This document shows positions 52,299-63,960 of a stretch of 64,000 bases of DNA, one piece after another. Origin of the DNA: Isurus oxyrinchus (lineage: Eukaryota); NCBI GenBank assembly GCA_026770705.1, contig JANJGN010000036.1, forward strand, positions 2,418,001-2,482,000, given 5' to 3'. How positions within the stretch are numbered: the stretch's first letter is position 1; each line of letters opens with the position of its first letter. Made by a program: the position numbers and the translations under genes. Below the pieces are notes generated by a model. It did no database searches, was not told the DNA's origin, and was given only the letters and a program-made list of their open reading frames with translations.

Positions 52299-54067
52299 GT
52301 TCGGTGCTCCCGGACAGGTCGCTGTGGTATTTACACCATCTCTTCTCTCCGGTGTCTCTGTGCTAGGGCTCGGGGCCCGAAGACATGGTGAAAATCCACA
52401 GTTTGCAGAGATTAGGTGCACTGATTAAAAATAGCATACTGGAAAAATCAGCCCCTGTAACTGTTGGCTGAGGGTTTCCTGTTTACAGGTTCGGTGCCCA
52501 CGCACAGAACTGCCTGCAAAGGGCAACACGTTACAGCTCGTGCGAAAAGCCTGTGAAAGCGGGGCACGGCCCCGAGTGGCTCAAACTATAGGCAAAAGGC
52601 AATGGTGCTGAATTCAACAACATACATGCTTGTGACATTCACGTGGGCGCAGGGTTAACATCCCTAATTCCGAGCGTTTTGATTAATTCCTCCACAACAC
52701 ACTAATTTATTCTGGTGTCAACAAAGAATACATGCCAAATTGAAGAAACCTGGAATCAGATGTTAATATTTTTGTTACTGTTTCACCCAATACCTCTCTG
52801 CCCGCCTCTCACTTTGTGTCAGAATTACTCCGTCACTCGCACTCCAGCCCCTTGAACCAATTACCCGGGATGTCGAACATAGCCATTCTCTGAGAGGGGC
52901 CCAGAACGGCCAGGAGCAGGTATAGAAAGCTACTACGAGGTGAAAAGTAAATCGAGGTCTGTTTCGATTTAAGTGCTAAAGTGTCCCAGCACAAGCTAGA
53001 AATATTCCAGTCCTTGGCCATGCAGCAGCCATACAGTCACAAAACATTTAGATATAGTTAACATTGATTGTTCGAGAAACTTGGACAGAGTGGAGCAAGA
53101 CTATGAAGCATGTGGAACGGGATATACAAAACAGAAGGGAATGTACCAAACCAAGCTCTACTGTAGAGAAAGTGTGGTGGTGCACGCCGCATTGCTCAGA
53201 TGGATAGACAGGGGTTATAAAATGAAGGCGGCTGGACAGAGTTAAGGTATCGATCAACAGCTTGATTTAATGGCAGAACAAACTCAATTGAGGGGCTGAA
53301 TGGCCTCCTCCTGCTGCATTGTTCCAGTAGAATTAGGAGGTCAAACTATTAAAAGACAAATTGAGGACTGATATCAGAAGGTCTAGGACAACCAGACTGA
53401 TTAACATTGAGAATTGTTCTCTGGGTAGGGCGAATGGTGTGGCGAGTTGGGGGTGGGGTATTGCTGGATGGTGAAACCCACTGAAATTATTTAGCAAACA
53501 GGTGTTGTTCTGATGTTTGAGGGATGCATAACGTTTCTGGATGGATGAACAGTGTATGGTGAATGATCTTTTCCAACTGCATCTTGTATAAGGCTCTCCA
53601 GGTTATCTTTACAATATCTGTGCAAAATCTAATTTCACAGCAGAATAAGACGATGATAATTTGAGAATATTTCTATCCACTAGAACGAGACTGACAAGAG
53701 ATTTTGCTGAGTGGATTGGAGTTATCGGTCACCCTGACAACAACTGCCTCCAGCTTTTTAATGTTTTAGAAATTAAATCTCAGTGAAACATCGTCTCAAT
53801 TTTTGGTCATGCATTTGACTAATCTTCTGATGTGGGGAGTAAATTGTGTTAACGTTTCCAAATTATTGACATCACCAACAATCCACATTCAGGCACAGCT
53901 ATGTGTTGTGCAATAAGCCCTAAAGACACTAACACTTACTCGAGTGGTATGGCACAAGAGGGCCCATTCTCAGGGTCAGGAGGTGATAGCTGGGATGTTG
54001 GACTAAAGTGCACATTGAAAGAGCCAGCACAGTGATAACCTTCAGCAATCACCCTCTGCCTGTACTG

Positions 54068-54358
54068 NNNNNNNNNNNNNNNNNNNNNNNNNNNNNNNNN
54101 NNNNNNNNNNNNNNNNNNNNNNNNNNNNNNNNNNNNNNNNNNNNNNNNNNNNNNNNNNNNNNNNNNNNNNNNNNNNNNNNNNNNNNNNNNNNNNNNNNNN
54201 NNNNNNNNNNNNNNNNNNNNNNNNNNNNNNNNNNNNNNNNNNNNNNNNNNNNNNNNNNNNNNNNNNNNNNNNNNNNNNNNNNNNNNNNNNNNNNNNNNNN
54301 NNNNNNNNNNNNNNNNNNNNNNNNNNNNNNNNNNNNNNNNNNNNNNNNNNNNNNNNNN
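54068..54358. other. Assembly gap (N run)
   Basis: 291 Ns; a second gap of 164 Ns lies at 10084-10247. Confidence 1.
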
Positions 54359-54684
54359 ATAAAAAGCGAGACACATTAACTATACACACACAGAGACACG
54401 CTCAGCATAGGGCACCTCTGTCACCTCTACAGCTCCATTATCCTGCATGTGACAGTTGTTCACTCTTACAGTAACACAACAATGATGCCTCCGACATCAT
54501 TCAAGTTTTTGCATAAAGATGAGCATTTACGCAGTGACCCAGAGCTAGCTCTGAAATGACATAAATGAAATAAAGCATTCGGTGAAATCACCGTTTGCGC
54601 TCCGGTATAAAATGGTTAAATGACAGCTCAACTGTTCTGGAATGAGGACCGTATGTTTGAACTTAAAGATGGGGCAATGGCGGC

Positions 54685-55020
54685 TCCTGTTACCACAATA
54701 CCCAGCGGCTGGGAAAGGCCTCAATCAGTGAAACAAGCCGCACTGCACTCTGGGAGAACCTGCTGCGCATGCTCAGCTCAAACACCGCCCAGAACGGTCC
54801 TTTCTATTTTATTCATGCGCCAAAAACCGGGCAGAATTTTGGTTCCCTCTCGAGTCTAACGAGTCTCTTCTGTTTCGTTTGACGACTTGATGAATTAAAA
54901 AATAAACAGAAAAGACGTCACGCTCAGATGACGGCCCCTTGCCCCGCTCGCGGGCCGGGGCCCAAGAGTGCCAAGAGCAGCGCCTGGGTTCCGGGAGGGG
55001 TCAAGAGGTGAATCCTGGAA
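54685..55020 (+). promoter_or_regulatory. Diverged paralog of the 28.4-kb promoter-like element
   Basis: ccacaatacccagcggctgggaaaggcctcaatcagt...gccgcactgcactctgggag...gcgcatgctc...gacgtca is collinear with 28376-28640. Confidence 0.55.
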
Positions 55021-55044
55021 GATCAGGCAGGCGAGGAGGGTAGG

Positions 55045-55110
55045 ATTCTTTTTTGATCTATTTTCCAATGCAGCCATGTCCAAACAGGCGTAGAGAGGTC
55101 CGACTTGAGA
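55045..55110 (-). CDS. Duplicated VJ-C1 family terminal exon (SQVGPLYACLDMAALENRSKK...), possible alternative last exon of gene C or a relic
   Basis: About 145 bp (55045-55190) nearly identical to 58158-58303, including the acceptor aaatgtgtttcccag|; the frame stays open to 54895 in unrelated sequence. Confidence 0.5.
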
Positions 55111-58100
55111 CTGGGAAACACATTTAACATTGATCTTCAAAAATACTTTGAGAATACGCGTCAGATTATCTCGGCCTGCAATCGCATTCCATCCTTCTTT
55201 CGAAATTGTTCCCCTTCAGATCTGGCCACACATGATTGCGAATTATACAAATTTCAACCTATCCCTTTCTCTATAACATCAATCACTGGGACATAAATGT
55301 GCACATTTCACTCAGATTAAAGTGAGTTAGCTGGTTGGTGCACATGGGCACTTTTGGTTGAAATAGAAACACAAACGTGAATTTCCACAGTGCCTTCAAT
55401 GAGCTCAGGGGATCACAAAGTTCTTTCCATTCAGTTGAATAATTTCTGACGTGTCGTCTCAGCTGTTGTGTCGGAACTGCAGCAGCCAGTTAGGGCACAG
55501 CAAGCTCCCACAATGTGATAATGAGCAAATGTTGATTGAGAAGAAAATATTGCCCGAGGACCGGGGAGGGGTGAGTTGGGGGGATTGGGAACTGCACGCA
55601 TCACCTCCCATAATTTCTGCTCCTTTTATTCTTCCAATGTTGCACGTGGAATATTTTGGGATAGTTTATTTCTGCCTGAGATGTCTGGCAGGGCCTCAAT
55701 TTAACACATCATCCAAAACACAGCTTCTCTTTTACTGCTGCACTTCCTCAGTACGGAAACATGGAGCAACATTCTAGCTCAAGTCTCTGGACCAGGAGAT
55801 TAATCCACAACATGCTGATTCTGAAGCTACGCATTCAGCTGTACATTACATCCTGTCCGGAATCTGTTGGTCTGGACTCATCAGTTGAAATGTGTGATTA
55901 CCCGTAATGATTTGATGCTTTAGAAAAAACAATTTCAGAGGTGATGTTGTGTTTGAGTAGCAGGTAATTCTTGGCCATAACTGACCAGTTTGCTGCTCTA
56001 TATTGAAGGCAAGAAAGAATAAAAATTGGGAGGATCTCTAAGAGCCGACCACACTATTTCTACCACGCCACAGGCAGGCCAAAAGCAGCATTGAGTTGGG
56101 TATCATGAGCTAAAATAAAATACAGACTGAGATCTGGCTGTTGGACCATGCGTATCAACGTTGCCATGGGTTAAACTGGACCGATAAATGGTTGATGGCT
56201 TGCAGCAGCTTTTAAATGCACGGACCTTATTGTTCATCTCAGCCCGGACCCCCCGCACCTCCCCCCCCCCCCCCCCCCCGCCCCCGCACCCCACCATCCC
56301 CGATCTTCATGGAAAGGAACATAACGAACAGAAGCCTGATTTGCCCTTCACGCCTGCTCCACAACTGAATAATGGCTGGCCTTCTGCCTCAACTGCACTT
56401 TCTCTTAATTCCATTTGTTCCAAAACTCTACTGCTCGCTGCATTGAACGCACTCGGAGACTGGGCATCCACAGCTCTCTAGCTGGAGAATTCCAAAGTTT
56501 CACAAACGTCTTAGTGAATAAACTTCTCCTCAACTCAGTCCTGAATAGGTAACACCTTATCCTGAGATTTGATACCGAATAATGGACGCTCCAGGCATGC
56601 CGGGGGCTGGGTAGGGTCGAGATTTGGAAAACCTCTCAGCATTAACCCTGTCAATCCCTTGGAGAATTTTACATGTTTCAATGAGAGCACCTCTAATTCT
56701 TCTAAGCTCCAAAATCTATAGACCGATCCTACTCAATCTCTCCTCATTGAGCTACTGCCCCCATGCCCTGCATTCCCTGCTCCACTAGAGGAAATACTTT
56801 CTCTCTATCGAATCTACTGAATCAATTAACCATATTAAACTCCTCAGTCAGGTCACACTTTAACCTCTCACCTTCGAGGAATGCAAGCCTAGCCCGTGTA
56901 ACCTGTCTCAGTAATTATAACCTTATATTTCCTTTATCTCCCTGCTGAACTTAGATTTGGTTTATATAACCCAACAGTACAAGCTATATTCACATCCACG
57001 AGAATGCTACTGCTAAAAGTTTATTTTTACCCGCAAGGGATTTATTGGATATTTTCGGGGAGATGGATCTTGAAAGGGTCTTAAAAGGGAGCTCTTTGTT
57101 ACTGTGGAACCTGACCCGTTTGTATCTGCTGGTTCTGGATTAACGAGAATCGGAACATCTAGACTGATGTGACTTTGATCGGTAAAGCAATGAAGCAGGT
57201 GTGGTGTCCTCCTCCTTCCTCCCCTCGCTCTCGCTCTCTCTCCCTAACTGACTATCGTGTTGCTAATATTTGTAAATCTAGGATTAGGAAAACAGTAATG
57301 TCTAGGCTGAAAAATAAATTCGATCTAGATTGCATTCTATCATGTTGGCAGTTACATTATACAATGATAATTGGGTTTCCATGGCAATACACTTCTATCA
57401 ATTTGCCTACAATATCCCAGACGTGAGAAGAGACAATTGCTCCTCGGTCAACTGTTTTTTTTCCAAAACAAACTGCACCCACTCTAAGATTCTGACTTGT
57501 AGGTTTAAACTTAAACACAAACAAAACCGACTGTGTAAAAGTGAAATTGAACCCTCGTAAGTTTGCTACATCGCCTTCCAGTTACTCTACTGTTGTGTTC
57601 TAATCCTGTAAATCATTAACACAGCTCCTCTCAGACAGAGAAACCCACAACTACCAGCAACTCAACCCAGGACTGTTATTGCCTTCTCAAAATAAATTGC
57701 AGTTACAGCCAGGTGACATTAAGTTATAAGCTACATATTGATCAAAACAAACTTCTACTGTGTCGTTAAAATCGAAGAATAATTTATTTTATTTATATAC
57801 AGACATTTGCAGGGAAAGCACAATCCTGTCAGTAACTGGAGTTACATGGTCCGCATAAAAGATTGAGAAAAACTCAAGGGAGTCCCGAACCTTCGCTCAA
57901 TATTACTTTCACACTTGAATTACACTAACACAGTGGAATATCCTTCGCAATATACAAGGCAGCCTATTTCATATTTTTTTTAAAAAAATGAGCCAGTCTT
58001 TGTAAGCCCTGACGATTGCATGGGGAAAGCTTAAATTTTTGATGCTGTTCTACATGGCTCAATGTTTATTTCCACAATGCTGTGGGTTCTTTGGCAAATC

Positions 58101-58142
58101 GTCTCTCCTCCACCATTCATCGGAGAGAAAACACCCGGATTC

Positions 58143-58223
58143 TCATCTGCGACCCGGCTTCTTTTTTGATCTCTTTTCCAATGCAGCCATGTCCAAAGAG
58201 GCGTAGAGAGGTCCGCCCTTAGA
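58143..58223 (-). CDS. VJ-C1 receptor gene C terminal exon (SKGGPLYASLDMAALEKRSKKKPGRR*)
   Basis: aaatgtgtttaccag| acceptor, phase 0, 81 nt to TGA; the 3' UTR is also similar to 46544-46660. Confidence 0.75.
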   Translation of the reverse strand, partial: SKGGPLYASLDMAALEKRSKKKPGRR

Positions 58224-60074
58224 CTGGTAAACACATTTAACATTGATGTTCAAAAATACTTTGAGAAGACGCGTCAGATTATCTCGGCACGCAATCGCAT
58301 TTCATAAAATCATAGAATGATACTTCACAGGAGGAGGCCATTCGGCCCATTCTGTCCCTTCTGGGCTTTTTGAAAACGCCATCCAATTAGTCCTACTGTC
58401 CCCTTCTCTGACCCCTTACCCCAACTATTTCCTGCCCTTCAAGTCTTCATTCTTGAAGTTACTTTTGATTCTGCTTTCATTGCAGTCTGTATCGATTTGA
58501 TATTTTTGTCAAGAATTACCTGAATAAAAGTTTTGTAACAGGTAAGCAAAATTCGGAAAGCAATTAACACAAAATTCACCAAAGTTTATTCAGAAAACTG
58601 GAATGGTGACGCTATTGATTTGAATGGATTACTCTGCTGTTCACTGGCCAGTTCGGTTATCGTGTTTCGCCATGCGTCTTGTATAAATAGAATCGTGAAC
58701 AATATCAAAATAATTTCGTTTATATCGTTCCTCTCACGTCTTCAGGAGGGCACAGAGCACTCAAAGGCACTTCTCAGAAACGTAGTTGCTGTTCGTCGTT
58801 TATGATCTGCGGCAGCCATCTTGGGCACAGCATGATCCTTTAAAAAGGATTTTGATAATGGCCCAGATGACTCATTTTTTGAGATTTTGGTTGAGGGGTT
58901 AAATATCAAACAGGACACAGGCGAGAACCACGCCCTGCTCCTTCTCCAACAGCGCTGGCGACATCTTTCAGCCAACCTAAGGGCGCAGCCGGAATTCCGT
59001 TTAAAGTTTCACCTGAAAACAGCATCTCTAAATTGCAATACTCCCTCAGCCCTGCACTTCAATGTCAGTCTCGACTAATTGCTCAAGTCTCTGGAGTGAG
59101 GCCTCCTGGACTAAGAGGTGTGTATGGGGATTTGGGATGGTGGGTGGGAGAGAGAATACATGAATACCCATTGCGTCAAGGCTCACAGTCACGCTCAGTC
59201 TCACAATCAAACGCACACACAGAGTAGCACACTCATATTCTCCAGAACTTATTACTTCTCTGTCAACTTACTACCCTGGGTTTGGCCTTATCTTCACTCT
59301 AATTCCAGTGGCTAAGATATTTTGAACAAACACTATGGGGTGGACGATGGAGGAAGGAGGACCGTGCAGGAGGGGATCTAGAATCACCATGGGAATAAGC
59401 AAGGTTTATATAAAATCTCAGACAGCAGGACATCCGGAAGATAAACTGCAGGGTATCGGTAATACAGACATAACAGACATTCTACCAGGAACATGAGCAT
59501 ATCCTTCACATTATCAGATGGAGAGAGGGCGGGTGGAATTGTAATGATTGCAGTTAGAGGGAAAGGAATTGTGACACAATTTCAGCTGCTCGAGACTGTG
59601 ACCTGCCCTCTGTTATCCATGTTAATATCCGGCATGGGGCGCCATGGACTTCTCCCAAAACTCATGTTTTCCTGCATATTATTACAACAGTTTCAATGCT
59701 CTCACCTGTATTCCACCCTGATGTGTCCGGTTCGCCGCTGTTTGACGGTATTCACCTGTGTGTTAATGGTTAGGATATGATTTGAAATGTCACCGAAATC
59801 AACAAAGTCTATAGTTACTTACAAAGAATTGCATGCCAATGACCACGAATGCACCAATGGCTCCAATACATCAATGGGCCACAAACGACAATGGGCCCCC
59901 AAACTGCGAAAACTCATCAATATGCCATTTGTTCCTAAAACTTCAATGGAGCCCAATTCGACAATGGTGGATAAGCACTCCTAACACCAGTGTCTGTCGT
60001 CTATTGTCTATTTGGTATATTACTGCCAATGTTAAGAAGCAGTAAATCGCCCTTTTATGAGACCAACAGATATT

Positions 60075-61835
60075 TCAATAACAAAGAGGGGGAGGTTCTG
60101 GACCTAATATTGGAACTGAGTCAGGGCAGGTGGAAGGCGTATCAATAGAGGGACATTTTGGCGATAGTGAACATAACTCAGTTAGATTTAGAATAGTTAT
60201 GGAAAAGGATAAATTTGGGCCGGGAGTTCTAAACTTGGGAAAGGCATATTTTACTAAGATGAAATACGATTTGGCCCAAGTGCATTGGGAGCAGTTACTT
60301 GCAGATAAAACTGTGTCAGAGCAGCGGGAGACCTTTAAGGAGGAAATAGCGATAAAACAGGGCAACTATGTTCTAGTGAAGGCAAGGGGTTGGGGGTGCA
60401 AGGGGCAAGTGCTGAAAACCCTGGATGTCAAGGGGCATAAAGGTTAGGATTAAGGCAAAAAAAGACGCTTATGGCAAATACCGAGGACTTGATACGGCAG
60501 TGTCCATAGAGGAGTGTTTAAAGGTGCAGGGGGGAACTTTAAAATGAAATTAGGAAAGCTAAGAGAGTGCATGAGAAAGCATTTGTGCGTAGAATAAAGG
60601 AAAACTCAATGGGGTTTGTTTTTTAAATATATAAAGAGCAAGAGAATTACTAGGGGAAGAATAGGGCCAATTATGGACCACAGAGGTAATCTATGTGTGG
60701 GACCGGAAGACGTGGGTGAAGTCCTCAGTGAATACTTTGCTTCGGTCTTCACAATGGGAAAGGACAACACAGGTATAGACATCAAGGTGGAGGACTGTGA
60801 AATATCTGAGGAAATTAACATATACTGACAGGCGGTACTAATGGCCATAAAACAGGATTAATCCGTTGGCCCCAATGAGACGCATCCTAGGCTGCTGAGG
60901 GAGACAAGGGAAGAGGTATCAAAGACCCTGGCAGTAATTTTCAAATCCGCCCTGGGCACAGGCGAGGTTCTCACTTTGTCCCATTATTAATAAAGGGAGA
61001 ATAAAATTAGACAAGGGAATTACAGGCCAGTCAGTCTAACCTCAGTGATGATGAAACAACGAGAAATAATTCTGATGGGTGGAATATACTTGCACTTGTA
61101 GAAACACTGATTAATAAGGGATAGTCAGCATGGTTTTGTTCAGGAGCTTGGTGTACATATCCACAGATAACCGAAGGCAGCCGGGCAGATAGATAAGGTG
61201 GTTAAGAAGATATATGACATGCCTTTAATAGCTGAGTTGTAGAATACAAGAGCAGGGAGGGTTTGGTGGAACTGTTTAAAGCGCTGGTTCGACCACAACT
61301 GGAGTGCTGGGTGCAGTTCTGGCCCCCACATTATATGAAGGATGTGATTGCACGGGAGACGGCGCAGAGGAGATTTACCAGGGTGCTGCCCGGACTTGAG
61401 AGTCTGAGCTTGAGGGAAGATTGGATAGGCTGTGGTAGGTTTCCTTGAATCAGCGAAGATTGAGAAGGGAACATGTCGAGGTCTATAAGGTTATGAGAGA
61501 CATAGGTATGGTGGATAAGAAGGCACTTTTTCCATTAGTAGAAGAGCAATAACCAAGGGGCAAAGATTTACGTTAAGAGGTAGAAGACTAAGGGGGCCAT
61601 TGAGGAGAAATGGTTTCATCCTGACAGTGGTTGGAGTATACAACGCACTGCCTGAAAGTGTGGTTGAGTCAGCAATTCTAGTCACATTCAGATATTCATT
61701 TGCGTTACCATAGCCTCCAGGGCTATAAGCCAAATGCTTGAAAATGGGATTAGTGTAGTCGGGTCTTTGTTGGTTGGCGCGGACACGATGGGCTGAAAGT
61801 CGTGCGTCTGTGCTGCAAACGTCTATGAGTCTATG
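60075..61835 (+). mobile_element. CR1 LINE ORF2 to 3' end with an internal deletion at ~61140
   Basis: HFGDSEHNSVRF, FFKYIKSKRITRGRIGPI...EYFASVFT, then a jump from QHGFV to the post-RT region LFKALVRPQLECWVQFW; CR1 tail tctatgagtctatga. Confidence 0.9.
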
Positions 61836-62263
61836 AATTTATGAAAATGATCGTAGAAAATTCTGATTGTGGGAAAAGCACTCTGCAGACTGTAAGAACA
61901 TATACACATAATGCAACTGTTTCAAATCAACAAAATAGGTGACAGTTATACTCTGGTTATTTCCCCAGGGCAATATCGTGACCAATCACTTAACCTGGTT
62001 TGAATTTTAACAATGCTTGGCAGTGAACTGTCAATGCACAGCTAACCTGTGCATTTCCATGCAGACACCTCTGCCAGTCACGAACCACATGCCAAACATT
62101 CTGTACTTTCTTCTCATGGAATGTAAATTGTCTCCCTTACATTTGGTGTTCTTGAAATTTCTCCTAATGACTGAAAGTCCAAAAGCTTCGACATCATGCT
62201 CTTTATTTCGGCAATTTACCCATTTTGTCATTTAATCTCTTCCAACATGTCAGTGCAACTTAC

Positions 62264-62316
62264 CTGATTGTCGTTGATTCGGCCTTTCGGTTTGCCTTTT
62301 CTCTCTCAAGCTAAAA
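62264..62316 (-). CDS. VJ-C1 receptor gene C cytoplasmic exon 1 candidate, with in-frame TGA
   Basis: gtatccag| ... CAG|GTAAGT, 53 nt, phase 1-0 like cyt1 of A and B; reads VLA*ERKGKPKGRINDNQ. Confidence 0.55.
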
Positions 62317-62677
62317 CTGGATACGGACAGAAATATCAAACACGTGTTAGGTCTTGTAAGTCCTGGCTCAGGCACCGGAAATAGTTAAGAGAATTGCCCA
62401 ACGATTTAGAATCTAACTTAAACAGTCATAGAACATTTCTGAATACGCTATTTGAATCGGTGTTGGGGTTGAACTAGGTTTGACACACTGTAAAATAGAA
62501 AAAGATTGTTGCTGATGAATTTTGCAAATGGTTCAGTTACTCACTTTTCATTGGCGGATTTCCTGCCTCGCTCTTCTGGAAGAAAAATGTGTAATTAGTT
62601 ATTGAAAACTCCGAGAAGCGAATCACATTGGAGAAAAAATAAGTATTGACATGTCCCTTATAACCATTAATCCTCAC

Positions 62678-62779
62678 CTGATCTGCTGTTTTTACGAATC
62701 CAAATGGAAATAAGCACTGAGAGTAGAACCAGTACCAGCAGGATAGTTATTGCAACAGGAAGAGTCAGTTTGCACCAAC
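62678..62779 (-). CDS. VJ-C1 receptor gene C transmembrane exon (upstream exons outside the window)
   Basis: ttttgtctctgtag| ... G|GTGAGG, 102 nt, phase 1-1; GWCKLTLPVAITILLVLVLLSVLISIWIRKNSRS. The end aaaaacagcagatcag matches the gene B TM end aagaacagcaga-cag. Confidence 0.82.
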
Positions 62780-63104
62780 CTACAGAGACAAAACATTCAG
62801 AAACTGCTGCTGGGTTAAATCATTCTTACCTGGGGCTCTCTGAAGGGAAACGTAATCCAGTTAAAAAGCTGGAGCCTCAATCTCGGGTGTGAAAGTAAAT
62901 TTTAAAAAAGTCAGTGGGACTGAGAGCTGAGAGTGGATGCGCAGAATGGATTCAATGGCGCTGCATTTGCTAATGGAGATGAAGTAACTAACAGCACGGC
63001 CAGGATTTTTCCACATGCTTAGTGTATCAGTATGTATGATGAAAAGCATCATACCAATGTCTTAGTTGAAAACTGAATCTTAGAATGATACGACAAAGAA
63101 GCAG

Positions 63105-63275
63105 TCTAACAGCATCTGTGGAGCGAAAGACAGTTAATGTTTCGAGTCCATATGACTCTTCTTCAGAGCCACGGACTCCAAGCGTTAACTCTGTCTTTCT
63201 CTCCACATATGCTGTCAGACCTGCTGAGTTTTTTTGCCAGCATTTTTTGTTTTTGTTTCAGATTTCGCAGTATGT
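63105..63275. mobile_element. Penelope-like terminal-repeat fragments in inverted arrangement with a hammerhead-like core
   Basis: Minus strand 63166-63140: CTGAAGA A GAGTC ATATG GACTC GAAA; related copies at ~42204 and ~40658. Confidence 0.55.
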
Positions 63276-63960
63276 TGCCTTTATTAAAGAAGCCGTCGAG
63301 TCGGCTCATCGTGCCTGACTTGGCTCTTTGAAATAGCAATCCAGTTATTCCTACTATCCCTGTTTTTTTCCCACATAACGTTCTGCATTTTCCCCATTAA
63401 GTATTTATCCGATTCCCCTTTTGAAAATTCCTATTGAATCTGTTTCCACGGCCCTTTCAGGCAGCGCCTTCCAGGTCACAACCACTCGCTGTGTAAAACA
63501 AAAATCCACTCATCTCCCCCATAGTTCTTTTGCTGATTCTCTTCGATGTGCATACCAATGGTTACCAAATCTCCTGCCACTGGAAACAGTTTCTCCTTAT
63601 TTACTCCATCAAAGGCACTCATGATTCTGAACGCCTCGAATAAAAATCCTCTTAACCTCCTCCGCTCTAAGGAGAAAAATCTCAGCTTCTCCAATCCCTC
63701 CACGTTAACTGACGCTAATTCTGATTAGAGGTCCCATTCTGGTCAATCTCCCTTGCATCCTCTACAAGGCCTTGACATGCTTCCAAACGAATAGTGCGCA
63801 GAACTGAGGACAATGCTACAAACTTGGCCAGCCGGAGGCTTATGAATTTTAAGCCTAACTTCCTTATTTTTAGTCTCGATTCCGCAATTAATAAGATCAA
63901 GAATTCCACGCCTTTCAACGGCCATTTCAGTTTATCCTTCCACCTCCAAGCTTTTATGGT
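63275..63960 (-). mobile_element. CR1 3' fragment
   Basis: LEKLRFFSLERRRLRG.L.EAFRIMSAFDGVNKEKLFP. Confidence 0.85.

Noticed and set aside
53936-54389. ORFs spanning the N runs (also 10038-10322)
   Set aside because: Artefacts of assembly gaps.
58805-58825. YY1/Kozak-like CCAAGATGGCTGCCGC on the minus strand as a gene start
   Set aside because: The following frame is short with no recognisable product or splice pattern.
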